Translations under genes and position numbers: made by a program
The notes under the pieces: model-generated
Told to the model about the DNA's origin: nothing
The model's database searches: none
Seen by the model: only the letters and a program-made list of their open reading frames with translations
From: Gammaproteobacteria bacterium
GTDB taxonomy: Bacteria > Pseudomonadota > Gammaproteobacteria > Poriferisulfidales > GCA-002705445
Assembly: GCA_018674175.1 (NCBI GenBank)
Contig: JABHAT010000007.1
Span: 53,915 to 117,914, forward strand
Length of the DNA: 64,000 nucleotides
Direction: 5' to 3'
Shown here: piece after piece, positions 40,025-48,309 of the stretch
How the letters are laid out: each line of letters opens with the position of its first letter
How positions within the stretch are numbered: position 1 is the stretch's first letter

Positions 40025-40635
40025 AAATAACTTAATGTTTGCTGTATTAAAATTTTAAGTTGTAACAAAGAACCGTTATTTTGTATTATATGAGAATAAT
40101 TTTTTATATATATATCACTGCTTTCTTGATAATTCATTATATTCTCTATAATTTTCTTATTATAATTTTTTCTTTTTTTTAGTCTATTAATTCTAATATC
40201 TTTATCTGCATTTATATATATGATGTTATTTTTCTCTAAAAAATTATTACTTTTTATAATTGGCGTTATAAAAATTAAAATATTTTGGTCATTAAATTTT
40301 ATTTTAAAATTTTCAAACTCTAAAAAAACTTTTGGATGTATATAACTCTCAATTAATTTTAGTTTATCTTCATCTGTAAATATTTTTTCCCTCACTATAT
40401 TTTTATCAATTTTGCCATTCTTTACTGAGTTTGGAATAATTTCATTAATTTTAGAAATAACTTCTTGATCTTCATATAATTTTCTAACAGTATTATCTGC
40501 ACAAAAACATTTTATATTTAAGTTCTGAAATATTTTTTGGGCTTCAGTTTTACCAGAACCAATAGGGCCAATTAATATGTATGAATTCAATATAAATACC
40601 TTAACAATTATGTTCGAATATATGTTATATATCAT
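40021..40635 (-). CDS. coaE: dephospho-CoA kinase
   Basis: P-loop is IGPIGSGKT. An in-frame TTG at 40590 would give the more usual short N-terminus (MNSYILIGPIGSGKT), so the start is uncertain. Confidence 0.8.
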   Translation of the reverse strand: MIYNIYSNIIVKVFILNSYILIGPIGSGKTEAQKIFQNLNIKCFCADNTVRKLYEDQEVISKINEIIPNSVKNGKIDKNIVREKIFTDEDKLKLIESYIHPKVFLEFENFKIKFNDQNILIFITPIIKSNNFLEKNNIIYINADKDIRINRLKKRKNYNKKIIENIMNYQESSDIYIKNYSHIIQNNGSLLQLKILIQQTLSYL

Positions 40636-40666
40636 ATATTAAAAAGAATTTTTTTGAAGTCATATT

Positions 40667-42298
40667 ATGAAAGATAAAATAGAATTTGTGTTAGCTCAAT
40701 TTAACGCTGTTGTGGGCGATTTAGATGGTAATACGGATAGAATTATAAAGATCATTGAGGATAACAGGTCGTATGGTTCACATAAGATTATAGTTTTTCC
40801 TGAGTTAGCTCTTTGTGGTTACATGCCAGAAGATTTACTTTTTAGAAAAGATTTTGCTTTAGAGGTTAAAAAGTCTATTGATAGAATTATTTGTCATGTA
40901 GGGAGCGATGAATATCTAATTTTTGGCGCGCCACATTATTCTGAAAATTTATTAGAAATATGGAATAGTGCATATTTAATTAATAATAAAAATATCACGG
41001 CTATATATGATAAGCAGATGCTTCCAAATTATGGCGTTTTTGATGAAAAAAGATATTTTTCAAAAGGCAAAGAAAACTTTTTTTTTAATTTTCATGGAAA
41101 TAAAATATGTATTATGATTTGCGAGGATCTGTGGAATTATTCATCTATAAGTAATAAGGATTTAGATGATATAGATTTTTTAATTAGTATTAATGCTTCG
41201 CCATATGAAAATAATAAAGATTTAGAAAGAATTAATTTTTTTAGAGAAATTGCATCTGTAAATAAATTTAATATTATTTATTTAAATACTGTAGGTGGAC
41301 AAGATGAAATTGTATTTGATGGATCATCATTTCTTATAGATAGAGAGGGTAACATTAAACATAAATGTAATGCCTTTGACGAGTTAATTTATAAATTCTC
41401 AGTTGAAGATAAAAACTTTAGCGTTAACTGTGAATATACTAATGATCATAAATATAATCAATATGAATATCTTTATGAGGCCCTTAAGATTGGAACATAT
41501 GATTATATTAAGAAGAGTAATTTTGATGGTGTACTGTTAGGTTTATCCGGCGGTATTGATTCAGCATTAACATTAACAATTGCAAGCGATATATTTAATA
41601 AGGAAAATATTGAGGCAGTATTGTTACCATCTGTATTTACGTCAGATCTTAGTATACAGTTAGCAAAAGAACAATGTGAGATTTTAGGTATTAAATATTC
41701 ATTCATTAGTATTGAAGGTATAAATGATGCTATTTCTGAATCTCTAAAAGATAGGTTCAATGGCCTACCAAATGATATTACCGAAGAAAATATACAGGCA
41801 AGATCACGTGGGTTAATATTAATGTCCATATCTAACAAAACTGGAAAAATTTTATTAACAACTGGAAATAAGAGCGAACTTGCTGTCGGTTATTCTACTC
41901 TTTATGGTGATATGGCAGGTAGTTTTGCTCCATTAAAAGATATATATAAAACAGATGTTTACAACTTATCTAGATACAGAAATTCAATATCAAGTGTTAT
42001 TCCAGAAGCAGTAATTGATAGAATGCCAACTGCGGAACTTGCTCAAGATCAATATGATATTGACACTCTTCCACAATATGATGTGCTTGATAATATATTA
42101 AAATCATTTATAGAGGAAAAAAAATCTTTAGAGGAGATATGTTCAATGGGTCACGAATTGAATTTAGTATCCAATATAATTAATATGGTAATAAAAAATG
42201 AATACAAAAGAAGGCAGTATGCACCTGGAGTTAAGGTAAGCTCAGAATCATTTGGAAGAGATAGAAGATTTCCAATCGTATCTAGATTTAAATATTAA
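40667..42298 (+). CDS. nadE: glutamine-dependent NAD+ synthetase
   Basis: The N-terminal CN-hydrolase domain has FPELALCGY and a catalytic Cys in IMICEDLW. The C-terminal synthetase domain has the PP-loop LGLSGGIDSAL. Confidence 0.93.
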   Translation: MKDKIEFVLAQFNAVVGDLDGNTDRIIKIIEDNRSYGSHKIIVFPELALCGYMPEDLLFRKDFALEVKKSIDRIICHVGSDEYLIFGAPHYSENLLEIWNSAYLINNKNITAIYDKQMLPNYGVFDEKRYFSKGKENFFFNFHGNKICIMICEDLWNYSSISNKDLDDIDFLISINASPYENNKDLERINFFREIASVNKFNIIYLNTVGGQDEIVFDGSSFLIDREGNIKHKCNAFDELIYKFSVEDKNFSVNCEYTNDHKYNQYEYLYEALKIGTYDYIKKSNFDGVLLGLSGGIDSALTLTIASDIFNKENIEAVLLPSVFTSDLSIQLAKEQCEILGIKYSFISIEGINDAISESLKDRFNGLPNDITEENIQARSRGLILMSISNKTGKILLTTGNKSELAVGYSTLYGDMAGSFAPLKDIYKTDVYNLSRYRNSISSVIPEAVIDRMPTAELAQDQYDIDTLPQYDVLDNILKSFIEEKKSLEEICSMGHELNLVSNIINMVIKNEYKRRQYAPGVKVSSESFGRDRRFPIVSRFKY

Positions 42299-43524
42299 TT
42301 TTCTATTAACTCAATAATTTCATTTTCTGAATCAATAGGGTTTAAATTTTCAGCCTCTTTTTCTTTTAAAATTTTTGTATTTCCATTTTTAGAATCTTCA
42401 TTTTCACCTCCCACAATAATATCTTTTACATTTAAGTCTAATTCGTCATCATCAGAAAAGTAATCTAATATATTAAGAGCTTCTTCCTCAGTGTAGACAT
42501 TATCTTTATTATTTTTTTTATGTTTTATAACGTATCTATCTGGTTTAATATTTCTAGGTATTTCAATTAAATCTCTATTAGTAAAGTACTCTACTTGGTA
42601 CACACCAGAAAAATTATCTTTAACTTGATCTTCAATATCAAAACCAAGGCCTATAGCAATATTGTCAGCACCTTCGCTAATAGCTAAAATATTTCTTTTA
42701 ACTTTATTGTCTAAGACTTCACTAAAGTATGCTGATTCATGATTAGGATAATTTGTTTTTATAATTTTTTCTATATCTCTTGCGCTATCTTTCATCATAA
42801 TTGCTTCATATGATTTTTGAAGAAATAATAGAGCATCAATATTTGCAGGCGCATTTGGGTAATTTTCTATTAGATAATTACATCTTCCTATGACAGCTAC
42901 ATAAGCTTTTCTTTTAAAATAATAATTTGCAACATGTAATTCGTAAGAGGCTAATGTATTTCTTAAATATATCATTCTTTTATGAGAATCTTTTAGATAC
43001 TCGGAACTTTTATAATTTTTATAAATATAATTAAAATCCTCATAAGATTCTCTAATATTTAATGGGTCCTTATCAATATGCACGTGTGGGAGTAAGTAAT
43101 TAGTGAAATTTTTACCTCGATGAAAATTTACAAGTCCTCTTAAATAATATGAGTACGGAATAAGTTTACTAGTGTTATTCATTCTCTGGAATCTGTCTAT
43201 AATGGCAATAGCGCTATCCCATCGTCTTAACTTATATTCAGCAAAGGCAAGTTCCATATGACTCTGTACAGCAAACTCAGAGAATGGATGATTTGACTCA
43301 ATTTCTCTATATGCTTCGATTGCCTCTTCCCATTGCTCTCTTTTAAGGGCGCTTTTAGCTTTTGCGTAAATTTGCTCTGCAGTCAGTATTTCACCATCAG
43401 AATTGATGGTATTCCCAAATCTATCAATTTTTTGCCCCTCTTCTTTTCCTTGGAAGCTTGAGCATCCAGCAAGTAAAAAAATTAAAAGTATATAAATACT
43501 ATTTTTTATCATATTCTTATGCAT
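42295..43524 (-). CDS. bamD: outer membrane protein assembly factor BamD, with ~140-aa acidic C-terminal extension
   Basis: Lipobox is LLAGCSS. TPR region is AEQIYAKAKSALKREQWEEAIEAYREIESNHPFSEFA... compared with E. coli [36 protein letters not shown]. Divergent from rluD, as in other gammaproteobacteria. Confidence 0.88.
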   Translation of the reverse strand: MHKNMIKNSIYILLIFLLAGCSSFQGKEEGQKIDRFGNTINSDGEILTAEQIYAKAKSALKREQWEEAIEAYREIESNHPFSEFAVQSHMELAFAEYKLRRWDSAIAIIDRFQRMNNTSKLIPYSYYLRGLVNFHRGKNFTNYLLPHVHIDKDPLNIRESYEDFNYIYKNYKSSEYLKDSHKRMIYLRNTLASYELHVANYYFKRKAYVAVIGRCNYLIENYPNAPANIDALLFLQKSYEAIMMKDSARDIEKIIKTNYPNHESAYFSEVLDNKVKRNILAISEGADNIAIGLGFDIEDQVKDNFSGVYQVEYFTNRDLIEIPRNIKPDRYVIKHKKNNKDNVYTEEEALNILDYFSDDDELDLNVKDIIVGGENEDSKNGNTKILKEKEAENLNPIDSENEIIELIEN

Positions 43525-43550
43525 GTTTATTAAATAATTATAATATTACC

Positions 43551-44492
43551 ATGAGTGACGAGATAAAAAATACAGATATTATAGAATATATAATATCAGA
43601 GGAAAGTAAAGGCTTAAGAGCAGATCAGGCTATTGCTAAGCTAAATAATCAATTCTCAAGAAGTTTGATTCAAAAGTGGATTAAAAAGGGAAATGTACTA
43701 GTAAATGGTAAAAAGATAAAGCCTAGAGATATAGTTAATTTAGATGATAAAATTAAAATCGTTCCAGAAGAAAATATCAATCCTGAGCACATTAATCCTG
43801 AAAAAATAAATTTAGAAATTGCTTATGAAGACAATGATTTAATAGTAATAAACAAACATAGTAACATAATTGCTCATCCAGCCGCAGGTCATAATAAAGG
43901 AACAATAGCAAATGGATTGGCATATCTTTATCCAGAACTAGTAAATCTACCAAGATCAGGTTTAATACATAGGCTAGATAAAAATACTACCGGATTATTA
44001 ATTGTGGCTAGAAATATTAAAAGTTATACAAATTTAGTAAAAAGTATGCAAGATAGAGAAATAAGTAGATATTATACTGCATACACACATGGCTTAATAA
44101 TGAGAAATAATACTATTAATCAACCTATTGGACGCCACAAAACAGATAGAATGAAAATGGCTGTTAATGCTAGTGGTAAAGAGGCAATAACACACTATGA
44201 GGTAGTAAAGAATTATAAGCATTTTAGTAAATTAAAATTAAAACTTCATACTGGTAGAACCCATCAAATAAGAGTTCATATGCAATTTGAAGGATACCCA
44301 ATTATTGGCGATCAAACATATGGTGCTAAGATAAATCATATACATGATATGATAAAGAACTTTCCAAGACAGGCTCTTCATGCAGAAACCTTACAATTCA
44401 CCCATCCAGAAACTAAAGATTCAGTAAATATAAAATCAAAGCTACCAATAGATCTTATTGAGTTAGAAAAATTATTAGAAAATCATGATTAA
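43551..44492 (+). CDS. rluD: 23S rRNA pseudouridine synthase RluD
   Basis: N-terminal S4 domain, catalytic HRLDKNTTGLLIVA, and GRTHQIRVH. I use the ATG at 43551. The ORF-track start at 43458 would overlap the bamD 5' end. Confidence 0.9.
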   Translation: MSDEIKNTDIIEYIISEESKGLRADQAIAKLNNQFSRSLIQKWIKKGNVLVNGKKIKPRDIVNLDDKIKIVPEENINPEHINPEKINLEIAYEDNDLIVINKHSNIIAHPAAGHNKGTIANGLAYLYPELVNLPRSGLIHRLDKNTTGLLIVARNIKSYTNLVKSMQDREISRYYTAYTHGLIMRNNTINQPIGRHKTDRMKMAVNASGKEAITHYEVVKNYKHFSKLKLKLHTGRTHQIRVHMQFEGYPIIGDQTYGAKINHIHDMIKNFPRQALHAETLQFTHPETKDSVNIKSKLPIDLIELEKLLENHD

Positions 44493-45201
44493 CTTTGAAG
44501 AAATTGACTGGAACGTTTCAGACTCCATAAAAATTTTAGTAACAAAAAAAAGTTTTTCTCCTAAAAAAGACTTTAATATTTCATTTTCTGGAAAAAATAA
44601 GTATGAAGAGACTAAAAAGAATATTGATTTTCTGACAGATAATTTTCTCCCATCTGAACCATATTTCATAAAACAAATTCATGGGGAAAAAGTAATTGAC
44701 TTAGACAGAAATATTTTTCAGTCTTATGTTGCAGACGGGTTAGTCACAAGTAAAAAAAAACAAGTTATTTCTATATTAACAGCTGACTGTATGCCGATAG
44801 TGATTTCTAGCATATGTGGAAGTATTATATGTGTCTTGCATGTTGGAAGAAAGGGATTGGAATTTAATATTATTGAAAGTGCTTTTAAAATTTTAAAAAA
44901 TTATAACTACTCTTTTGAGGCATGGATTGGCCCTTCTATTTCTAAAGATTATTATTTAGTAGATGAAAGTATAAAAAAAATTTTTGTTAGTATTGATAAA
45001 AAATATGAAGAATTTTTTTTGAAAAATAGCAATAATTTGCATATGGACCTTTCTGGGATAGCGACATACCAACTAAAAAAAAATAACGTTAATAATATTT
45101 ATTATTCAGGTTTATGTACTGTCAAGGATTGCAAAGATCTTTACTCTTTTAGAAAATTTTCTGATGAAAAAAGATTTGGCACTTTTGTCTGGATAGAATA
45201 A
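44485..45201 (+). CDS. pgeF: YfiH/PgeF family (DUF152) purine nucleoside phosphorylase / peptidoglycan editing factor
   Basis: ILTADCMPIV and HVGRKG motifs. Lies downstream of rluD, as in the E. coli rluD-yfiH arrangement. Confidence 0.85.
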   Translation: MINFEEIDWNVSDSIKILVTKKSFSPKKDFNISFSGKNKYEETKKNIDFLTDNFLPSEPYFIKQIHGEKVIDLDRNIFQSYVADGLVTSKKKQVISILTADCMPIVISSICGSIICVLHVGRKGLEFNIIESAFKILKNYNYSFEAWIGPSISKDYYLVDESIKKIFVSIDKKYEEFFLKNSNNLHMDLSGIATYQLKKNNVNNIYYSGLCTVKDCKDLYSFRKFSDEKRFGTFVWIE

Positions 45202-45217
45202 CATTTAAACTTAGATT

Positions 45218-45244
45218 AAAAAAAAGGCCTCGTTAGAGGCCTTT
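45218..45244. terminator. intrinsic terminator between convergent pgeF and the binding-protein gene (strongest for the minus-strand gene)
   Basis: The sequence is A8-GGCCTC-gtta-GAGGCC-TTT. Read on the minus strand, it is a GC stem followed by a run of eight T. It is one of the very few GC-rich hairpins in the window. Confidence 0.85.
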
Positions 45245-45267
45245 AATATTACAAAAAACTTTAAAGA

Positions 45268-46620
45268 TTATAAATCGAAGTTATCTCTATCATCTTCGTT
45301 ATTACAATCACGTTTTTTAACACCATTATCTGCAGCATACTTTTCAGCACCTTCATCAATAATAGCTTGTGATAATGCTACATCACCTTCAATCCAATCA
45401 CTTGCAACTTTCCACTGACGCTTTCCAGCATCCCATTGTTGGAATTTAGCTAGATGTCCACCTACGTGGTCCATACATGTGATATTAATTTCAGGTACTA
45501 AGCCAGTTGCACCAAGTGCATCTAGATCAGATTTATTTAAACGTAAGTTCTCAAATCCCCAACGTACTTGCGCACTGTTAACTTTTGGTCCAAAACGTTC
45601 TTGAGCTGTTTTCACAGCTTCTGTGTGGAATACACCAGCTAATACACCTAGGTTCCAATATACTGAACCTATACGACTTTTATCAGCTAAGTCACCTTTA
45701 CCAGCTTTATATACTGTACCTACGATATCATCAATTACTTTAGCAACTCTTCCCGCAGGGTGAGTTGTAATAGCGTAATATCCTTCGGCAGCATCACCAG
45801 CAGGGATAACGTCTCCATCTGAGTTACTCCAGATGTTTCCGATTAATCTTCCTACTGAGAATCCAGTTCTTACAGCAGTTTGCATAGCTACTGGGTTCAT
45901 CACACCCCATCCACGTAATAGAACATAATCAGGTTTCATCTTACGAATTTTTAACCATTGTGATTGTTGCTCGTTACCAGGATGTGGTACTTCGATAGCT
46001 GTGTGCTCACAACCATGTTTTTTACACATCATGTCCATGAACATAATTGCTTCACGTCCATAAGGCGAACCATGGAATAACATAGCGATTTTTTTACCTT
46101 TTAATTTACTTCTATCACCTTCTAAAACATCACCTATGAAATGCATCATAATTGAATGCTCATCATATGTGTTGATTCCAGGCATAAAGTAATAAGGGAA
46201 AACGTCACCACGTTGTCCAGCTGTTTTTCCGTGATTTACAGCAATGATTGGCATCTTGTCTTTACGACCAGTTTCAATCAAAGCAGTAGATATACCCACA
46301 CTTAATGGGTCAAAGAATACAGCTCCACCTTTGTTATCTTTTAAACGTTTATAACACTCAACGCCACGTTCCACAGAATACTCTGTTTCACATTCCGACC
46401 AAACTAATTTCATTCCATTAACACCACCATCACGCATGTTTAATAGATTGTAATAGTCTAAAATCCCACCAAAGTAACCAGTTCCACCCACAGCATATGG
46501 GCCGACACGGTAACTAGGGATTGGTACGTATAATTCGCCATCGGCAGCCTGTACTACAGGTGCTGTAAAAGCGAGTGAAGTCAAAAGCGCTATACTAGTA
46601 ATTATTGCTTTTATTTTCAT
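45268..46620 (-). CDS. periplasmic substrate-binding protein, type I fold (LivK/Leu-Ile-Val-like family), ligand unknown; no adjacent permease or ATPase
   Basis: Sec signal is LTSLAFTAPVVQA/ADGE. It is 450 aa, with a strong SD (AAGGAGGAG) 6 nt upstream of the ATG. The family call rests on overall resemblance to amino-acid/amide ABC binding proteins and has not been verified. Confidence 0.75.
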   Translation of the reverse strand: MKIKAIITSIALLTSLAFTAPVVQAADGELYVPIPSYRVGPYAVGGTGYFGGILDYYNLLNMRDGGVNGMKLVWSECETEYSVERGVECYKRLKDNKGGAVFFDPLSVGISTALIETGRKDKMPIIAVNHGKTAGQRGDVFPYYFMPGINTYDEHSIMMHFIGDVLEGDRSKLKGKKIAMLFHGSPYGREAIMFMDMMCKKHGCEHTAIEVPHPGNEQQSQWLKIRKMKPDYVLLRGWGVMNPVAMQTAVRTGFSVGRLIGNIWSNSDGDVIPAGDAAEGYYAITTHPAGRVAKVIDDIVGTVYKAGKGDLADKSRIGSVYWNLGVLAGVFHTEAVKTAQERFGPKVNSAQVRWGFENLRLNKSDLDALGATGLVPEINITCMDHVGGHLAKFQQWDAGKRQWKVASDWIEGDVALSQAIIDEGAEKYAADNGVKKRDCNNEDDRDNFDL

Positions 46621-46824
46621 TTTGTACTCCTCCTTAAGAGGTTCATGTTGCAGTTAACTGCAGAATGAACAATTATAATTATTGTTTTCATCCTACTTAC
46701 TATACTCAGGCCTATTTCAAAACGCAGTATTTCTCTGATCCTCCTGATTACCTGAGCCACCAAAAATTATTAAAATAACTTATAGATGGACTATCTAATT
46801 TACTTGAATTGAGGGTTCCGTCAA
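46621..46824 (-). promoter_or_regulatory. putative promoter and ~170-nt structured 5' leader of the binding-protein gene
   Basis: On the minus strand: TTGACG (46824-46819), a 16-nt spacer, then TAAATT (46802-46797). A long-range helix pairs GCTCAGG with CCTGAGT (about 46751-46757 with 46704-46710). A hairpin GTTCAT-tc-TGCAG-ttaa-CTGCA-ac-ATGAAC (46670-46641) sits just 5' of the SD. Confidence 0.4.
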
Positions 46825-46899
46825 GTGTTTATATAAATTTAAGTGTTTGATTATATTATGATATTAACAAGAACTTATGTACTCATTAGTCTTTGATTA

Positions 46900-48192
46900 T
46901 TATCTATTAATAAGATTAAAAACATTATCCATGGCTTCTTTTGTGGGTTTCTCAGCATTATTATTTTCACTAATTGTATAGGTTTTACTATTTTTTCTAT
47001 CTTTTAATTCAAAATTGTAATTTTCTAAAAATTGTTTGCCAATTGTTATCCTCAAAGGTATTCCAATAAGATCAGAGTCCGAGAACATATTTCCGGGACT
47101 TATATCTCTATCATCCAACAACACTTCAACATTCTTATCTTTTAACTCTTTATAAATGCTATCTGTATAATTTTTTATAATATTATTTTTTGTATAACCA
47201 ATGGATATTATTGAAATCTCAAAGGGGGATATTGATTTTGGCCAAATAATTCCTTTTTCATCATTTGATTGCTCAATAGCTGCAGCAGCTATTCTTGAAA
47301 CTCCAATACCATAACAACCCATCGTCATTTTTACATTTTTATTTTCTTTATTAGAGATACTGGCATTCATTGATTCTGAGTAATTTTTACCAAGTTTAAA
47401 AATGTGACCAACTTCAATTCCTCTTTTTATTTTAACTTTCCCAGCTCCATCTGGACAATCATCTCCTTCTTTTGGAGGCTCAGTAAATAATTCTGAATTT
47501 ATAGCATAATCTGAAGAATCTGAAAAAATTAACTCATCTTCACCATTTTCTGCAATAACATGAAATTCATGTGACTCACTTCCGCCAATTTGCCCATTAT
47601 CTGCATTAACTACTTTGTACTCAAAACCTATTTTATCAAAACAATTTTTATATGCTTCAAATATAGTCTGGTAAGTTTTATCTAAACATTCTTCATTCTC
47701 ATGAAATGAATAAGCATCTTTCATTAAAAATTCTCTCGCTCTCATAACACCAAATCTTGGTCTAATTTCATCTCTAAATTTAGTTTGTATTTGATAATAT
47801 ATAACCGGTAATTGCTTATAACTTTTAATATCTTTACGAGCTATGTCAGTAATTATTTCTTCGTGAGTTGGTCCAAAGCAAAACTCTCTGTCATGTCTGT
47901 CAGTTATTCTTAATAATTCTGGACCATACTTTTCCCATCTTTCTGATTCTTTCCAAAGCTCTGAGGGCTGTATTGCCGGCATTAAAATCTCTAGAGCTTC
48001 AACTTTATTCATCTCAATCCTTATAATATTTTCAATTTTTTTTAAAACTCTTAATCCTAAAGGCATCCAGGTGTATAAACCTGACGCCAATTTTTTTATC
48101 ATGCCTGATCTTATCATTAGCTTGTGACTAATAACCTCTGCATCTTTTGGAGTATTCTTTGTTGTTGTAATCCCAGACTTTGTGTACTTCAT
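46900..48192 (-). CDS. proS: proline--tRNA ligase, bacterial type lacking the INS editing domain
   Basis: Class II motifs are FRDEIRPRFGVMRAREFLMKDAYSF and GCYGIGVSRIAAAAIEQ. By-eye alignment with E. coli ProRS shows SDYAINSELFTEPPKEGDDCPDGAGKVKIKRGIEVGHIF in place of the ~170-180-aa INS insertion. 430 aa. Confidence 0.92.
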   Translation of the reverse strand: MKYTKSGITTTKNTPKDAEVISHKLMIRSGMIKKLASGLYTWMPLGLRVLKKIENIIRIEMNKVEALEILMPAIQPSELWKESERWEKYGPELLRITDRHDREFCFGPTHEEIITDIARKDIKSYKQLPVIYYQIQTKFRDEIRPRFGVMRAREFLMKDAYSFHENEECLDKTYQTIFEAYKNCFDKIGFEYKVVNADNGQIGGSESHEFHVIAENGEDELIFSDSSDYAINSELFTEPPKEGDDCPDGAGKVKIKRGIEVGHIFKLGKNYSESMNASISNKENKNVKMTMGCYGIGVSRIAAAAIEQSNDEKGIIWPKSISPFEISIISIGYTKNNIIKNYTDSIYKELKDKNVEVLLDDRDISPGNMFSDSDLIGIPLRITIGKQFLENYNFELKDRKNSKTYTISENNNAEKPTKEAMDNVFNLINR

Positions 48193-48209
48193 ATTTTGAC
48201 TAACAATTT

Positions 48210-48290
48210 AAGTTATAAAGTTTATATGATATATGATATAACTTAATATTATAAGAGGAGAATACTCCCAAAAATAAAGGAGAAGCTCCC
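48210..48290 (+). promoter_or_regulatory. inverted repeat plus twin GGAG..CTCC mini-hairpins in the proS / LysR-gene divergent spacer
   Basis: AAGTTATA (48210-48217) and TATAACTT (48237-48244) are perfect reverse complements. The mini-hairpins are GGAGaataCTCC (48257-48268) and GGAGaagCTCC (48279-48289). Function is unknown. Confidence 0.3.
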
Positions 48291-48309
48291 GTAAAATAGA
48301 GAGGGGAAA

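Noticed and set aside
45202-46899. The binding-protein gene as a horizontally acquired island
   Set aside because: There are no flanking repeats, tRNA, integrase or IS remnants. The elevated G+C comes with optimal-looking codons, a very strong SD and a dedicated terminator, which fits expression-driven bias better. This is kept as an alternative in the finding rather than asserted.
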